Shown here: piece by piece, positions 37,819-48,700 of the stretch | Layout: each line of letters starts with the position of its first letter | Numbering within the stretch: the stretch's first letter is position 1 | Source of the DNA: a virus | Taxonomy: Duplodnaviria > Caudoviricetes | IMG/VR virus record: IMGVR_UViG_2974594805_000001 | Span: 1-64,000 of that record | DNA: 64,000 nt | Direction: 5' to 3' (one strand) | Translations under genes and position numbers: made by a program | The notes under the pieces: model-generated | What the model saw: only the letters and a program-made list of their open reading frames with translations | Databases searched by the model: none | Told to the model about the DNA's origin: nothing

Positions 37819-40006
37819 CTTCTATGATCGTTCTGTCATCGAAAATATACCGCACCACCCAGCAATGGAAGAGTTGGTGGATCTCCTGTGTCACCGTACA
37901 GGCAACGTGAATCGTGATTTCTTTCAGGCCGAGGTAGCTTACTTCCTTGGCTTGATGCCCGCTGCAATGCGGACAACGATCAACAGCCCTGAGCGTGGCA
38001 AGATCCCCATCAACATCTATTCGATTGCCTTGGCCACATCTGGCTTCGGTAAGGGTCACTCTGTCTCTCTGATGGAGCAGGTGCTGCAAGATTTTCGAGA
38101 AGACTACATGCACGGCAGCTTCTACCAGCTTGCTGAGCAGAATCTGTTCGACCTCGCTGTAGACATTGCAGCAGCAAAGGGGGGTGACGAAGCCAAAGAA
38201 AAAGAGGCTCTCGACAACGACTTCAAAAAGCAGGGTCATGCACCGTTCATCTTTGACTCTGGTACTGGTCCTGCTGTGAAGCAGTTGCGGTACAAGCTCT
38301 TGCTCGCTGGAGCAGGCTCAATCAATTTCCAAATGGATGAGATCGGCTCCAATCTTCTGGGCAACAACGAAGTGTTGAACGTGTTCCTCGAACTCTATGA
38401 CCTTGGCAAGATCAAAGCCAAGCTCGTGAAGAACACCCCAGACAACGAACGTGGCATGGACATCGGTGGTATGACACCAGCCAACATGCTCATGTTCGGA
38501 ACCAACAGCAAACTGTTCGACGGAGCCAAGGTGGAAGAAGAGTTTTACTCTATGCTTTCAACTGGTTACGCTCGACGTTGCTTCTTCGGGATCGGTAAAT
38601 CCGAGACCAAATTCGCCACGGTGGATCCAGAGGACGTGTACAACGGTCTCGTGTCCAAGAATCAGAGCATCGCTCTGACCAAGTGGCGTACCTATTTCCA
38701 GAGGTTCGCTGACCCACGGTATCACAAGCTCGAACTCGACGTGCCGAAAGCTGTGGGTGTGGAACTGACTGCGTATCGTCTTCAGTGTGAAGCTGAGGCG
38801 AACGCCATGCCCGAGCATGAGGAAATCCGGAAAGCAGAACTCTCGCACAGGTACTTCAAATCCCTGAAACTGGCGGGTGTCTATGCATTCATCGACGAGT
38901 CGCCTGAAATTACCGACACTCACCTACGGCAAGCCATCAAGGTAGCCGAAGAGTCAGGTGCGTCGTTCCAGAAACTGCTGAAGCGGGAACGGAACTTCGT
39001 TCGATTGGCGAAGTACATTGCGGCTGCACCGGATAACCTCACTCACGCGGACCTCGTGGAAGACCTTCCGTATTACCCCACCTCTACGGTGGCACGGAAG
39101 GAGATGATGGACTTGGCTATGGCATGGGGCGTGAGCAATCACGTCGTCATCACCAAGAACGTCGTCCAGAGTGTGGAGTTCTTCAGTGGTTCAACACTGC
39201 AAGAGACTGATCTGAACAAGCTGATCTTCAGCATGTCAGACCACTTCGCATACGATTATGAACCTCAGCAGCGTAGCCTAGAGGACTTGGAGAAGCTGTT
39301 CAAAGCAGACGGACTCCACTGGGCAAACCATACGTTCGAAGGTGAGCATCGTTCGGAGGATAAGGTCGTTCCGGGCTTCAATATGATCGTCATCGACATC
39401 GACGGCGATATGTATGACAAGAACGGAAACCAGATCAAACATGCAATCCGTAAGGAGATGGTGCATGATCTGCTGAAGGACTTCACCTTTGCCACATACA
39501 CGACGAAGAGTCACACAGACGAAGAGCATCGGTTCCGACTGATCATCCCGACCAACTATGTCCTGCATCTGGACAAGGATGATTACAAGGAATTCATGGA
39601 CTCTTTTGCTCTGTGGCTTCCATTCGATTCGGATACTGCTGCAAACCAGCGTAGCCGGAAGTGGAGAACCAATCCTCTCGGAGAGGTTCACATCAACCGT
39701 GGCCCACAAGTCCTTGATGTCCTACCGTTTATTCCGAAAACCAAGGCCAACAATGAGTATGTTCAACAGGTCGCAGATCTGGGGAATCTTGATGCTCTGG
39801 AGCGTTGGTTCTTGAACAACATGGACGTTGGGAATAGAAACAACCACCTGCTCAACTACGCAATGATGCTGAAGGATGGGGGACTCCCATTCGATGAGGT
39901 AGAGGCGAAAACCCTCGATCTCAACAAGAGGTGTCACGCTCCGCTGAAGCAGGACGAACTCTACTCGACTGTCTTGAAGTCGGTTGGTTCGAAATACTCG
40001 ACGTAA
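37811..40006 (+). CDS. DNA primase/helicase-like replication protein (N4 gp43-like)
   Basis: ATSGFGKG, QMDEIG, GYARR, C-terminal PriCT-like GNRNN.LL.YA; start re-called to 37811. Confidence 0.85.
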   Translation: MTDFYDRSVIENIPHHPAMEELVDLLCHRTGNVNRDFFQAEVAYFLGLMPAAMRTTINSPERGKIPINIYSIALATSGFGKGHSVSLMEQVLQDFREDYMHGSFYQLAEQNLFDLAVDIAAAKGGDEAKEKEALDNDFKKQGHAPFIFDSGTGPAVKQLRYKLLLAGAGSINFQMDEIGSNLLGNNEVLNVFLELYDLGKIKAKLVKNTPDNERGMDIGGMTPANMLMFGTNSKLFDGAKVEEEFYSMLSTGYARRCFFGIGKSETKFATVDPEDVYNGLVSKNQSIALTKWRTYFQRFADPRYHKLELDVPKAVGVELTAYRLQCEAEANAMPEHEEIRKAELSHRYFKSLKLAGVYAFIDESPEITDTHLRQAIKVAEESGASFQKLLKRERNFVRLAKYIAAAPDNLTHADLVEDLPYYPTSTVARKEMMDLAMAWGVSNHVVITKNVVQSVEFFSGSTLQETDLNKLIFSMSDHFAYDYEPQQRSLEDLEKLFKADGLHWANHTFEGEHRSEDKVVPGFNMIVIDIDGDMYDKNGNQIKHAIRKEMVHDLLKDFTFATYTTKSHTDEEHRFRLIIPTNYVLHLDKDDYKEFMDSFALWLPFDSDTAANQRSRKWRTNPLGEVHINRGPQVLDVLPFIPKTKANNEYVQQVADLGNLDALERWFLNNMDVGNRNNHLLNYAMMLKDGGLPFDEVEAKTLDLNKRCHAPLKQDELYSTVLKSVGSKYST

Positions 40007-40015
40007 GGAGAAACC

Positions 40016-40750
40016 ATGACAGACATCAATCCTCACAGCCTCCTGATCTGTGGTGAGTCAGGGGCAGGTAAATCCATGTCCCTGTACGAACTGCGTGATC
40101 GCACGGATGTGCTGTACTTCAACTGCGAGGGTGGTAAACCACTGCCCTTCAAAAACAAGTTCAAGAACAAGGTGATCTCTGATCCTGAAGATATCATCGA
40201 CATGCTCGAAGAGCTTGCAGAGATGGGTTCTGATAACCCGTTCAACTTCATCGTCATCGACACCATCAGTTTCATGATGGACATGTATGAGACCGTCCAT
40301 GTGCTGGGAGCACGGGACACACAAAAGATGTGGGGTCTCTACGGTCAGTTCTTCAAACGGCTGATCAACGTGTCGTCGAAGGTCGATGGGTTCTTCATCT
40401 ACCTTGGCCACCTTGACCGTTATCTGGACGAGGAAGCAGGGATGATGCGTACCAGCGTGCCTGTGAAGGGTGCTCTGGCCAAGAAGGGCTTGGAAGCCTA
40501 CTTCACCACAGTGATCAACGTCAGCAAGATGACCGTCAAGGATCTCCAGAAGACTCCGAATGACATGCTGAACATCACTGAGGATGATGAAGAGCTTGGT
40601 TTCAAGCACGTCTTCCAGACCCGAACCACCAAGAAAACAATTGGTGATCGGATCCGCTCTCCCATGGGGATGTGGAAGAAAGAGGAGTTGTACATCGACA
40701 ATGACATCGCTCCTGTCATCAAACGCATGATCGAATACTACGAAGAGTAA
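40016..40750 (+). CDS. Sak4-like AAA ATPase (N4 gp44-like)
   Basis: GESGAGKS, IVIDTIS, GLEAYF, RIRSPMG. Confidence 0.85.
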   Translation: MTDINPHSLLICGESGAGKSMSLYELRDRTDVLYFNCEGGKPLPFKNKFKNKVISDPEDIIDMLEELAEMGSDNPFNFIVIDTISFMMDMYETVHVLGARDTQKMWGLYGQFFKRLINVSSKVDGFFIYLGHLDRYLDEEAGMMRTSVPVKGALAKKGLEAYFTTVINVSKMTVKDLQKTPNDMLNITEDDEELGFKHVFQTRTTKKTIGDRIRSPMGMWKKEELYIDNDIAPVIKRMIEYYEE

Positions 40751-40806
40751 CTTTGCTTTCGTGGTCTTTGACCAATGATAACCTCATGAAACAGAAGGAA
40801 AAACTC

Positions 40807-41619
40807 ATGGGAAACATTTTCGCAAACAAGAAGCCTGTTGCAACCGAGAAAGTCGAAGACGACTACATCGGTGGCGGTGGCACGCTTGAGACGGACATCT
40901 ACCCTGCTGAGATTAAATACGCCTACATCGGCAAGTCTCAGCGTTCCGATGCACGCTCTCTGAACCTGTCCCTGAAGATCGGGAACAGTGAACAGAACCA
41001 CACCATCTGGATGACCAATGGCAAAGGTGAAGTCACGTACAAGGACAAGAAGTCTGGTGAAGAAAAGAACCTTCCCGGCTTCAACCAAGTGAACTCGCTG
41101 GCCATGCTCCTGCTCTCGAAAGAGGTGGGTGATCTGGACGTGGAAGAGAAGGTGATCAACCTCTACGACTACGAGTCGAAGAAAGAGATCCCTCAGTCTG
41201 TGGAATGCTTCACGGAACTGCATGGTGAGAAACTGCAAGTGGCTCTCCAGAAGCAGATCGTGGACAAGACACAAAAGAACGAGAACACTGGCGAATACGA
41301 TCCGACCGGTGAAACTCGTGAAACCAACGAGATCATCAAGTTCTTCCCTGAAGATCTTGCAGTGACGATCTCTGAGGTGGCTCACTACGTCGAGAGCCTC
41401 GGTGGGGACTTCGACGACGTGCTGGGTGACGGTGATCTGGGCAAAGCCATCGGTCAAATGAGCGAAGAAAACGCTCAGTATGCGACCAAGTGGCTGGACA
41501 AGAACCGTGGCCAGACGTGGGATCGTTCGACCAAAACTGAGGGCAAGTCCTTCGGTGGCGGCAAAGCCAAATCGGAAGGTGGATCCGAGAAGAAGAAATC
41601 GTCCCTGTTTGACGATTGA
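40807..41619 (+). CDS. ssb: Single-stranded DNA-binding protein (N4 gp45-like)
   Basis: Synteny after the AAA gene; LPGFNQVNSL, N.I.KFF, acidic/aromatic tail SSLFDD; start behind AAGGA. Confidence 0.82.
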   Translation: MGNIFANKKPVATEKVEDDYIGGGGTLETDIYPAEIKYAYIGKSQRSDARSLNLSLKIGNSEQNHTIWMTNGKGEVTYKDKKSGEEKNLPGFNQVNSLAMLLLSKEVGDLDVEEKVINLYDYESKKEIPQSVECFTELHGEKLQVALQKQIVDKTQKNENTGEYDPTGETRETNEIIKFFPEDLAVTISEVAHYVESLGGDFDDVLGDGDLGKAIGQMSEENAQYATKWLDKNRGQTWDRSTKTEGKSFGGGKAKSEGGSEKKKSSLFDD

Positions 41620-42542
41620 TCCTCACGGACCTTCTGAATGATGAGGTAAGGGAGTCGTACCAAGTGCGACTCCCAACCTATGTTGCGGTTTCAAAGTCAA
41701 CGACAAAGGCTTGTAATCTCAACACTTATCGGAATCTTCATCATCACCATCTGAACTCGCAAAAGAAAAACTTTGAAGAAGAGGTAGCCCCGTTACTTCG
41801 GGATAAGCCTACAGCAGAGAAGGTCTGGATCCACTACGAGATCTTCGCACCGAGGAACGGGCGACTCGACACCATGAATGTCGGGTCCATCGTGGATAAG
41901 TATTTCAGCGATACGCTGGTCAATCAGGGAAAGCTACCGGATGATAATTATGATCACATCATCCTGTCCTCTTTCTCTTTCGGTGGTGTCTGTCGAATGG
42001 ACGGTCACGCCATCGCAACTGTGAACATTCTAACCAAGGAGAAAACCGACATGCGGATTCTGCTCGATGAGAGCGACATCCAGAATGCTCTGAACGCCTA
42101 CGTAAAGACCCTGCAACTGCCTAACGCAGAACAAGCAGAGGTCGAAATCACTGTCACTGACGACGGTGAGATCGAGGCTGAGGTCATCATGGGTGAAGCC
42201 AAACCAAAGAACAAAGGTGGTCGGCCTCGTGGTTCCAAGACCCGGAAACCTACTCCCAAGAAAGAGGAGGTGACTGCCGATGTGGAAGAAACTGCTTCTG
42301 GCAGCGACGAAGGAGATAGCACTGACTCTGATTCAGGAGGAAGTGCAGCACCGGAGACAACTGCTGACGAAGGAGAGAAAGAATCTCCGAAAGCAGGTGG
42401 CAAGGGAAACCTCTTCGGGGACTCCGACGGAGAGGCATCCTCGGACTCCCCGACCACGACTGAAGACGAAGCCAAGGAAGAAGACGGTGGTCAGAAGAAG
42501 ACCGTCGTGAAGAAGAAGTCGAGCATCTTCGATGTTGACTAA
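41616..42542 (+). CDS. RusA-like Holliday junction resolvase fused in-frame to an acidic low-complexity protein
   Basis: NLNTYRN, D..NVGSIVDKYFSDTL...G.LPDDN; internal AAGGAG plus ATG at 42051. Confidence 0.7.
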   Translation: MILTDLLNDEVRESYQVRLPTYVAVSKSTTKACNLNTYRNLHHHHLNSQKKNFEEEVAPLLRDKPTAEKVWIHYEIFAPRNGRLDTMNVGSIVDKYFSDTLVNQGKLPDDNYDHIILSSFSFGGVCRMDGHAIATVNILTKEKTDMRILLDESDIQNALNAYVKTLQLPNAEQAEVEITVTDDGEIEAEVIMGEAKPKNKGGRPRGSKTRKPTPKKEEVTADVEETASGSDEGDSTDSDSGGSAAPETTADEGEKESPKAGGKGNLFGDSDGEASSDSPTTTEDEAKEEDGGQKKTVVKKKSSIFDVD

Positions 42543-42759
42543 ATTCTTTGGAACATTGATCGGAACGATGGGTGTAATCCTCGCCCTGATCATCGTCGCA
42601 ATCATTGGAGTAGCCGCTGTCTTTATCGGCTACTTCCTGTTGTGGGGCTTCATCGGTCTCTGCATGATCGGATTCATCTGGTTCCTGATCTGGGCTGCAA
42701 TCGACGAATGGAAACAACGTCCTCGTCGAAAGCATGACCCAGATGATCCCGGACCTTAA
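42532..42759 (+). CDS. Small membrane protein
   Basis: 75 aa with about 50 contiguous hydrophobic residues; its stop overlaps the vRNAP stop in TTAA. Confidence 0.65.
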   Translation: MLTKFFGTLIGTMGVILALIIVAIIGVAAVFIGYFLLWGFIGLCMIGFIWFLIWAAIDEWKQRPRRKHDPDDPGP

Positions 42760-45700
42760 TCCGACATCAGGTTTACCCACGGGTTGAGTTCAGGTGCTCC
42801 CCAAAGCATCTCATAACCCGTGGCGTAATCCATCCGACCCTCACCGATCACAGTGAAGATGTTATCCTGAATAGGAGAACCAGTATCTGTGATCGAGTTC
42901 AGGGCCATGGCACGGAACGGGTTGTTACGCATCTGCTTTGCAGCAATCTTGGCAATCCGGATCTTGAAAGCCATGAACCAAGAAAGACCATTACGCTCAA
43001 GCATAGAGCGTGTACGACCGGGCAGAGCACTGAAGTTCACAAACTCTTCGTTCATGACACGAATGGCTGCCACAGGGTCCAGACCCTGATCTAACAAGTG
43101 ATCGTAGTAGATTGATTTCGCAAGGAAATCCCCATACTGCGTAGCCCGGTTAGCAGCCCGATAGAGATCTGTGGACTTACTCACCATACCAATCTTCGCA
43201 ATGTTACCCAGAGTGTCTGGGAGTTGATCAGCCTTGCTTTCCAGCCAGTCTGCAAGACCACCATTGGTCTGAGCACGATCAAGATCAGTGATACCTTCTG
43301 ACAGTTGCTTGTACGCACCAGCAGCGATCATCGGAGCAATGGACATCTTCGCATTCAGATCATTGATCACTTGGATCTTGTCGTCGATCAGACGCTGACG
43401 ACGAGGATCCTGTGTCATACGACGCTGGTTCTCAAGCTCCTTGAGTTTCACATCGTTCTTGTTGAACTCGGTGATCTCAGCCAGCTTCTTCCGATAGCCC
43501 TGAACAATCTTCTTGTTCGGGACACCATTGGTGGACAACTGGATGATGTTGGCTTGGGTGTTAGCCACCGGAACCACGAGAGACTTCACAACAATGATGT
43601 CCTTGGCATCGGATACGATACCTTGGAAACCCTGTTCAGCCTGCACCATGAGAGTACGCAGAGACTTCTGTCCAAACTGCTGCCGTGTGACAGCCTGAAC
43701 GGTCTTCACAAGCTCTTTAGGCATCCGGGTCTTACCGGTCCAGAGATCAGCCACAGACGCCTCACGGTAGCCTACGCTGAGGTTTACCATGGATTCCATG
43801 ATCATTGGTCCCTGACCATCAAACTTGCTGTCCATGTAGCTCTTGATCTCATGAGGGATCAGCTTGAACGACTCTTTGTAGATCGGATCAGTGGTGGTTT
43901 TCAGGTTCACAAACTGATCATCAGTTCCAGTCTCCCGGTTCTGCCACATCTCATCGAGCTTATCGACCAGAGCACGGTTGTATTCGTAGGCCAGAGACTC
44001 TTCCACCTGACGACCAGCCCATGCACCAAGGTTCGTAGCGAGGTTCTCGTCACGTCCCAGCAGAGCCTCAGACAGCACAGGATTCACAGACCGTTCAAAG
44101 CCTACGATGGCACCCTCACCATCAAACACAGGCATGAGAGTCTCGTTCGGATCCTCCAGTTCATAGGAATCCAGCACCAGTTCCTCAGCCACTTGGTTCA
44201 CCACATCCTCACCAGAGATGAAACCAACAGCATCTCCAGTCACTGTGAGGCCCGTGTTTACGTCTACCCCACGATAGGTGGACGACACGTTCTGCATCAC
44301 ACCCTGAGAGTATGCACCCTGCTGGGAGATATTGGTGACGTAGTAGGAGCGAGGGAAGGCGTTGTTCACATCACCAGTGAACGGAGCAACCTTCTTGTAT
44401 CCACGATGCAGCATATCCTCTTCCATGGAGTCCTCAGCCACTACGATACGATGGTTCTCTCGTCCCACATTGGGCAGATATCCTTTGTAACCGTTCAGAC
44501 GTGCAGCTTCTCCGACAGCTTTAGCGTCTTCCTGCTGGTTCAGATACTGCATGTAAGCGATCATCGGACGGATACCGTCAGCATCGTTCTGCCACAGTTG
44601 TACGGTAATTTCCCGTACATCAGCATCCATCGTGTCGATGGCATACATTGTGATCAGTTCATCAATCCATTCGACAACCTGATCAGAAACATCACCTTCG
44701 AGGTTCTTGGCGATGGCATATGCATTGCGAACCAACAGCTTACCGACAGACTTCTTGTTCATGAAGTCAGCCAGTTGCTGGGCTTTCTCTTTCATGTCGT
44801 TAAAGTTCGACGGAGACAGCACACCCTGAAGCTGGTTCTCAAGGATCGAGATCTGACGACGACGTGCAGCACCTTCTTCCAGCATCTGTAGAGACGGCTG
44901 AAGGTTGTTCACATCGACATACCGGGTGAAGTCAGTGTTCCCCAGTGTACGCTGCATAGACGCCCACTGCTCAGGGACAGGAGCTTCCCGGAATTGACGA
45001 TTGAAGATACCCGGAAGCTGTTCCCGGTAGCCCTGACGCATACCAGTGACCTTAGCGTTCACCACGTCCATCATGGCCACGACTTCTTCATTGTCTTTGT
45101 TGGTTCCCACGAATTCGTCCACCAGTTCACGGACAGGAACCATAGACAAGATCGGAATACCTGCATGAGCAGCACGTTGTGCAGCCTGACCAGTCAGTGC
45201 AGTACCAGTATCGTCGAGGAAGTTCGTGATGAATGTCACAGACGACGTAAGGTATTGTTTCATCGAGCCTTCTTGCTCGGCTTTCACCTGAGCATCAATG
45301 TTCCGCATACCTACGGCAGCCTTCTCGAAGCGATTAGAGATCAGGTTATCTGCTGCATCCAGAGTCTTGGTGACTCCACGGAGCACTGCATATTCCTTCT
45401 CGTTGTTGGCTTCGATCAAGGTCTGCTTGAGACCATCAAGAACCTCTTGAGGAGCACCATCTTGGATCGACCCCATGAGTTTGCTCATGAAGATCTGAGT
45501 TCCACGATGCAGATAGCTGTTCAAAGTCCCAGTTACCTGCTGAGTTTCAGGCTCAGGAATCTGTGCCACAACATCCCGAAACTTCTGAGAAGTCTGCTGA
45601 AGAGCAAACATCACAGCCACAGCGTCAGAAGTATCACCCCGTTTGAAACTACCAAACGAGTTGATCACAGCAGAGTATTCGTTACCGGCTTCTGAACCAG

Positions 45701-48700
45701 AACCAAACATCTCAGGAGTCATGTTCTCTTCGACATGCTGGAATACTTTTGTCAGTGCAATCAAAGAGTTCGGATCGAGAGTCATCTCAGACTTCATGAT
45801 ACCGTAGATGGCACGGAAGGTCTGACGATCTTCAGGATTACGAAGCATCCCAGCCTGACGAAGACTGTCGATCACAGCATCTGCATTCAGGATATCCTGT
45901 GCAGTGTCACGACGACGACGTGTACCGGTAGCATCATCTCCCAGTCCGTCGATGTATCCAACCAGCTTCTCGATCCAGTAGTTCGTGTAGTTGTTGGACA
46001 TTGGGGTCAGATCCCCACCGTCTCCAGAACCACCATCACCATTGCCACCACCTCCAGTCACATCATCCAACGGAGGATCAATGATGATCTTGGTGTTGAA
46101 TGCAGTCTGAGTGAACATATCCCGAGAAACCCCACCCATCAGACGACGCATCAGAGCAATCAGTTTCTCACCGATTGCCTGAAGAGGTGTGGTTTTCTCA
46201 GCCTTACGACGGACCTGAGAGTTTGCCAGCACGTAAGCCATGAATTCATTCACAGCCATAGCCTGACGTGTCGGATCTGTCTGATTGACATGCCGTAGTA
46301 TGGCAGCCTGAGCATCACGCACAGTCTGTCCACCATCCTCAATCTTGAGGAAGTCACGCATCAGGGACTCCATACGAGTCACAGCAGCCTGACGATCTCC
46401 ATTGTAGTGGTTCTCTACACGTTTGAACGTAGCAGCATGAACCATCTCATGAAGCACAGTCTCAGGCTTGTCCGTCGTCAGATACACGATGTCATTCACA
46501 TGATCGTATGCACCATTGGCATCGGTCATGATTGCACCGTTGTCTGGGTTGTTCTGTGTTTGCCAGTCACGGATTTGATCCACAGTCCCCAGCACCACAC
46601 GAGTCTCATCAGACAGACCCGGCATGATGATATCCAGAACCTGTTTCTGTTTGGCGGTAAACCGCAGAGATTTCAGGAATGCATCTGCTTTGGTTTCGAA
46701 TACCTCAGCACGAACATCTTCCTGTACCTCTGCGGGTTTACCTTCCATCTCACGCGCAATCAGGACATTGAGTTCTGTGAAGCCAACTTCACGACCTTCA
46801 CGAGTGTAACCGACATCGGAGCCACCCATCTGATCGACGGATGCAGCTACAGTCTTGAAGACAGCCTTTCTTGCTTTGTTGGCAGCCAGTCTCTGATCCA
46901 ATTGTACCATCAGATCGGCTACATTCGAGGCGGTGACTGAAGATTTTTTGTTTTTGTCCATAACCTTTTGATATGCTTGAGAAAGAATATCAGCATCGAC
47001 ATCCGAGTTGATGAAACCACGGAAGTTTTCCACAGCCATAGACATCACATCACGCTGCCAAGTCTGTGATACAGCTTGGTTCACACGAGGTGCATAGTCT
47101 TGGATCTTGGACAGAGGAATATCCAAACCATCGAAGATCCCCAGTACGTCGTCAGGTGCTCCCTCTGTGCCGAAGATGTAGTTCATCATCATGGCGTCGC
47201 CTGAACCAATCACAGAGAATGGGATAGACCGAACACCCACGTCGTCAGGAAGACGCATGTAAGCGAAGTCATTGATCTGCTCATCGAAGTTTGACGATGT
47301 ACGGATCAGACCACGACCTTTCTGGAAACCACCAATCGCAAGAGTCTGGTCATCTGACACGAACAAGGGGGCCATCTGACCCAGTTCAAGCTCAAGCTCC
47401 CGGAAATACTTCCGTGGGATCTGAGACAGATTCTTTTTACTCTTGATGATACCTTCGTTTTCGAGCCGTTCAGCCAGTTCATTGAGACGAATCTCGTAGA
47501 TGTCACGCAGATACTGAGACTGAACGTTTGTCGAGAAAACCATCAGATCATTGAATTCATTGATCTTTTCACCGATCACCTGCTGAGTTGCCTCAGTCAG
47601 AGTGTCACCAATAGTGTACTGGATCCGGGTCCGGAATTTCTTGATCGACTCTTTATCGAAGACCTTCGAACGGGACGGCTTATCGTCAATGATAAGACCC
47701 ATGGTTTCCATGTCTTTCTTGAAACCCGGATAGAAGTATTCGTCCACAGGTACTTCCGGAGGACGTTTCTGCATCTCTTCGTAGAACTTCAGCATCATGT
47801 CATCTGCCACACCGACAGCAACACCACGAACACCAGAGCCATAGTTCACCTTGGTCATTGGGTTCTTAGAAGAGTTACGGCTCATGGTAATGACACCAGA
47901 CTCTTCGTCGATATCGAAGTTCCCGATAGTCGCAGCCAGACGCACAGCAGCACCACGCTGCTCTTGCTGCCATGGTTCCAGACCTTTCATGTTGCCCAGC
48001 ATCTTGTCACCCAGACGAGACACGGTTTCATACATGTCAAGTGAACCAGCTTTCGCATAGTATTTGTTGACGGTTTCACCCATCTTCCCAATGAAGAAAC
48101 CCACTTTCTGGAAGTTGGAATAGTCTTCCGGAGTCAGTTCACCCTGACCGAAGTTCACCATCATGTTGGCAACACCATTGGTCAAACCATCAAGCTCAAA
48201 GCTCAGGCTTGTATCAAAGGTTGATGCACCATCTTCCACTGCCATCTCAAGCTGAGCGACAGCGATGATTGCTTTCAGTTGCTGAGGTTCGATCACTCCA
48301 GTCGTTTCGAACAGAGCATCTTGATCTACTTCTCCAGATCGAATCAGGTTTTTGATATGCGGAACTGCATCACCAAACTTGGCATAGAACTTCTCAGACG
48401 CATTGGCGATGATGTCTGCGTGTGAGAGTTTCTCAGCCTTGTTGATGCCACCGATGTCAGATGCCTGACCCACAGCGATCCAGAAGTTATCCAGATCAGT
48501 CACGTCCACAGTGCTCCATGTAGGAGCCACGACAGCACGCATGACTTTGTTGGACTGGGGGTTTGGTCCCTGAGCCTGATGACGACCCACCTTGGTGATA
48601 CCATAGGGGAAATACACAGGCATACGGTTGCTGGGATTACCAGCAGCAGACAGGAGAGCCTGAGTCTCAGCAATGTTCATCTCGATAGACAAGTTTTTGC

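Noticed and set aside
43305-44891. 528-aa plus-strand ORF antisense to vRNAP (also 48870-50753, 627 aa, and other shadow ORFs)
   Set aside because: Mirror frame of a strongly codon-biased gene; H/L/V/D-rich nonsense composition, no RBS or motifs.
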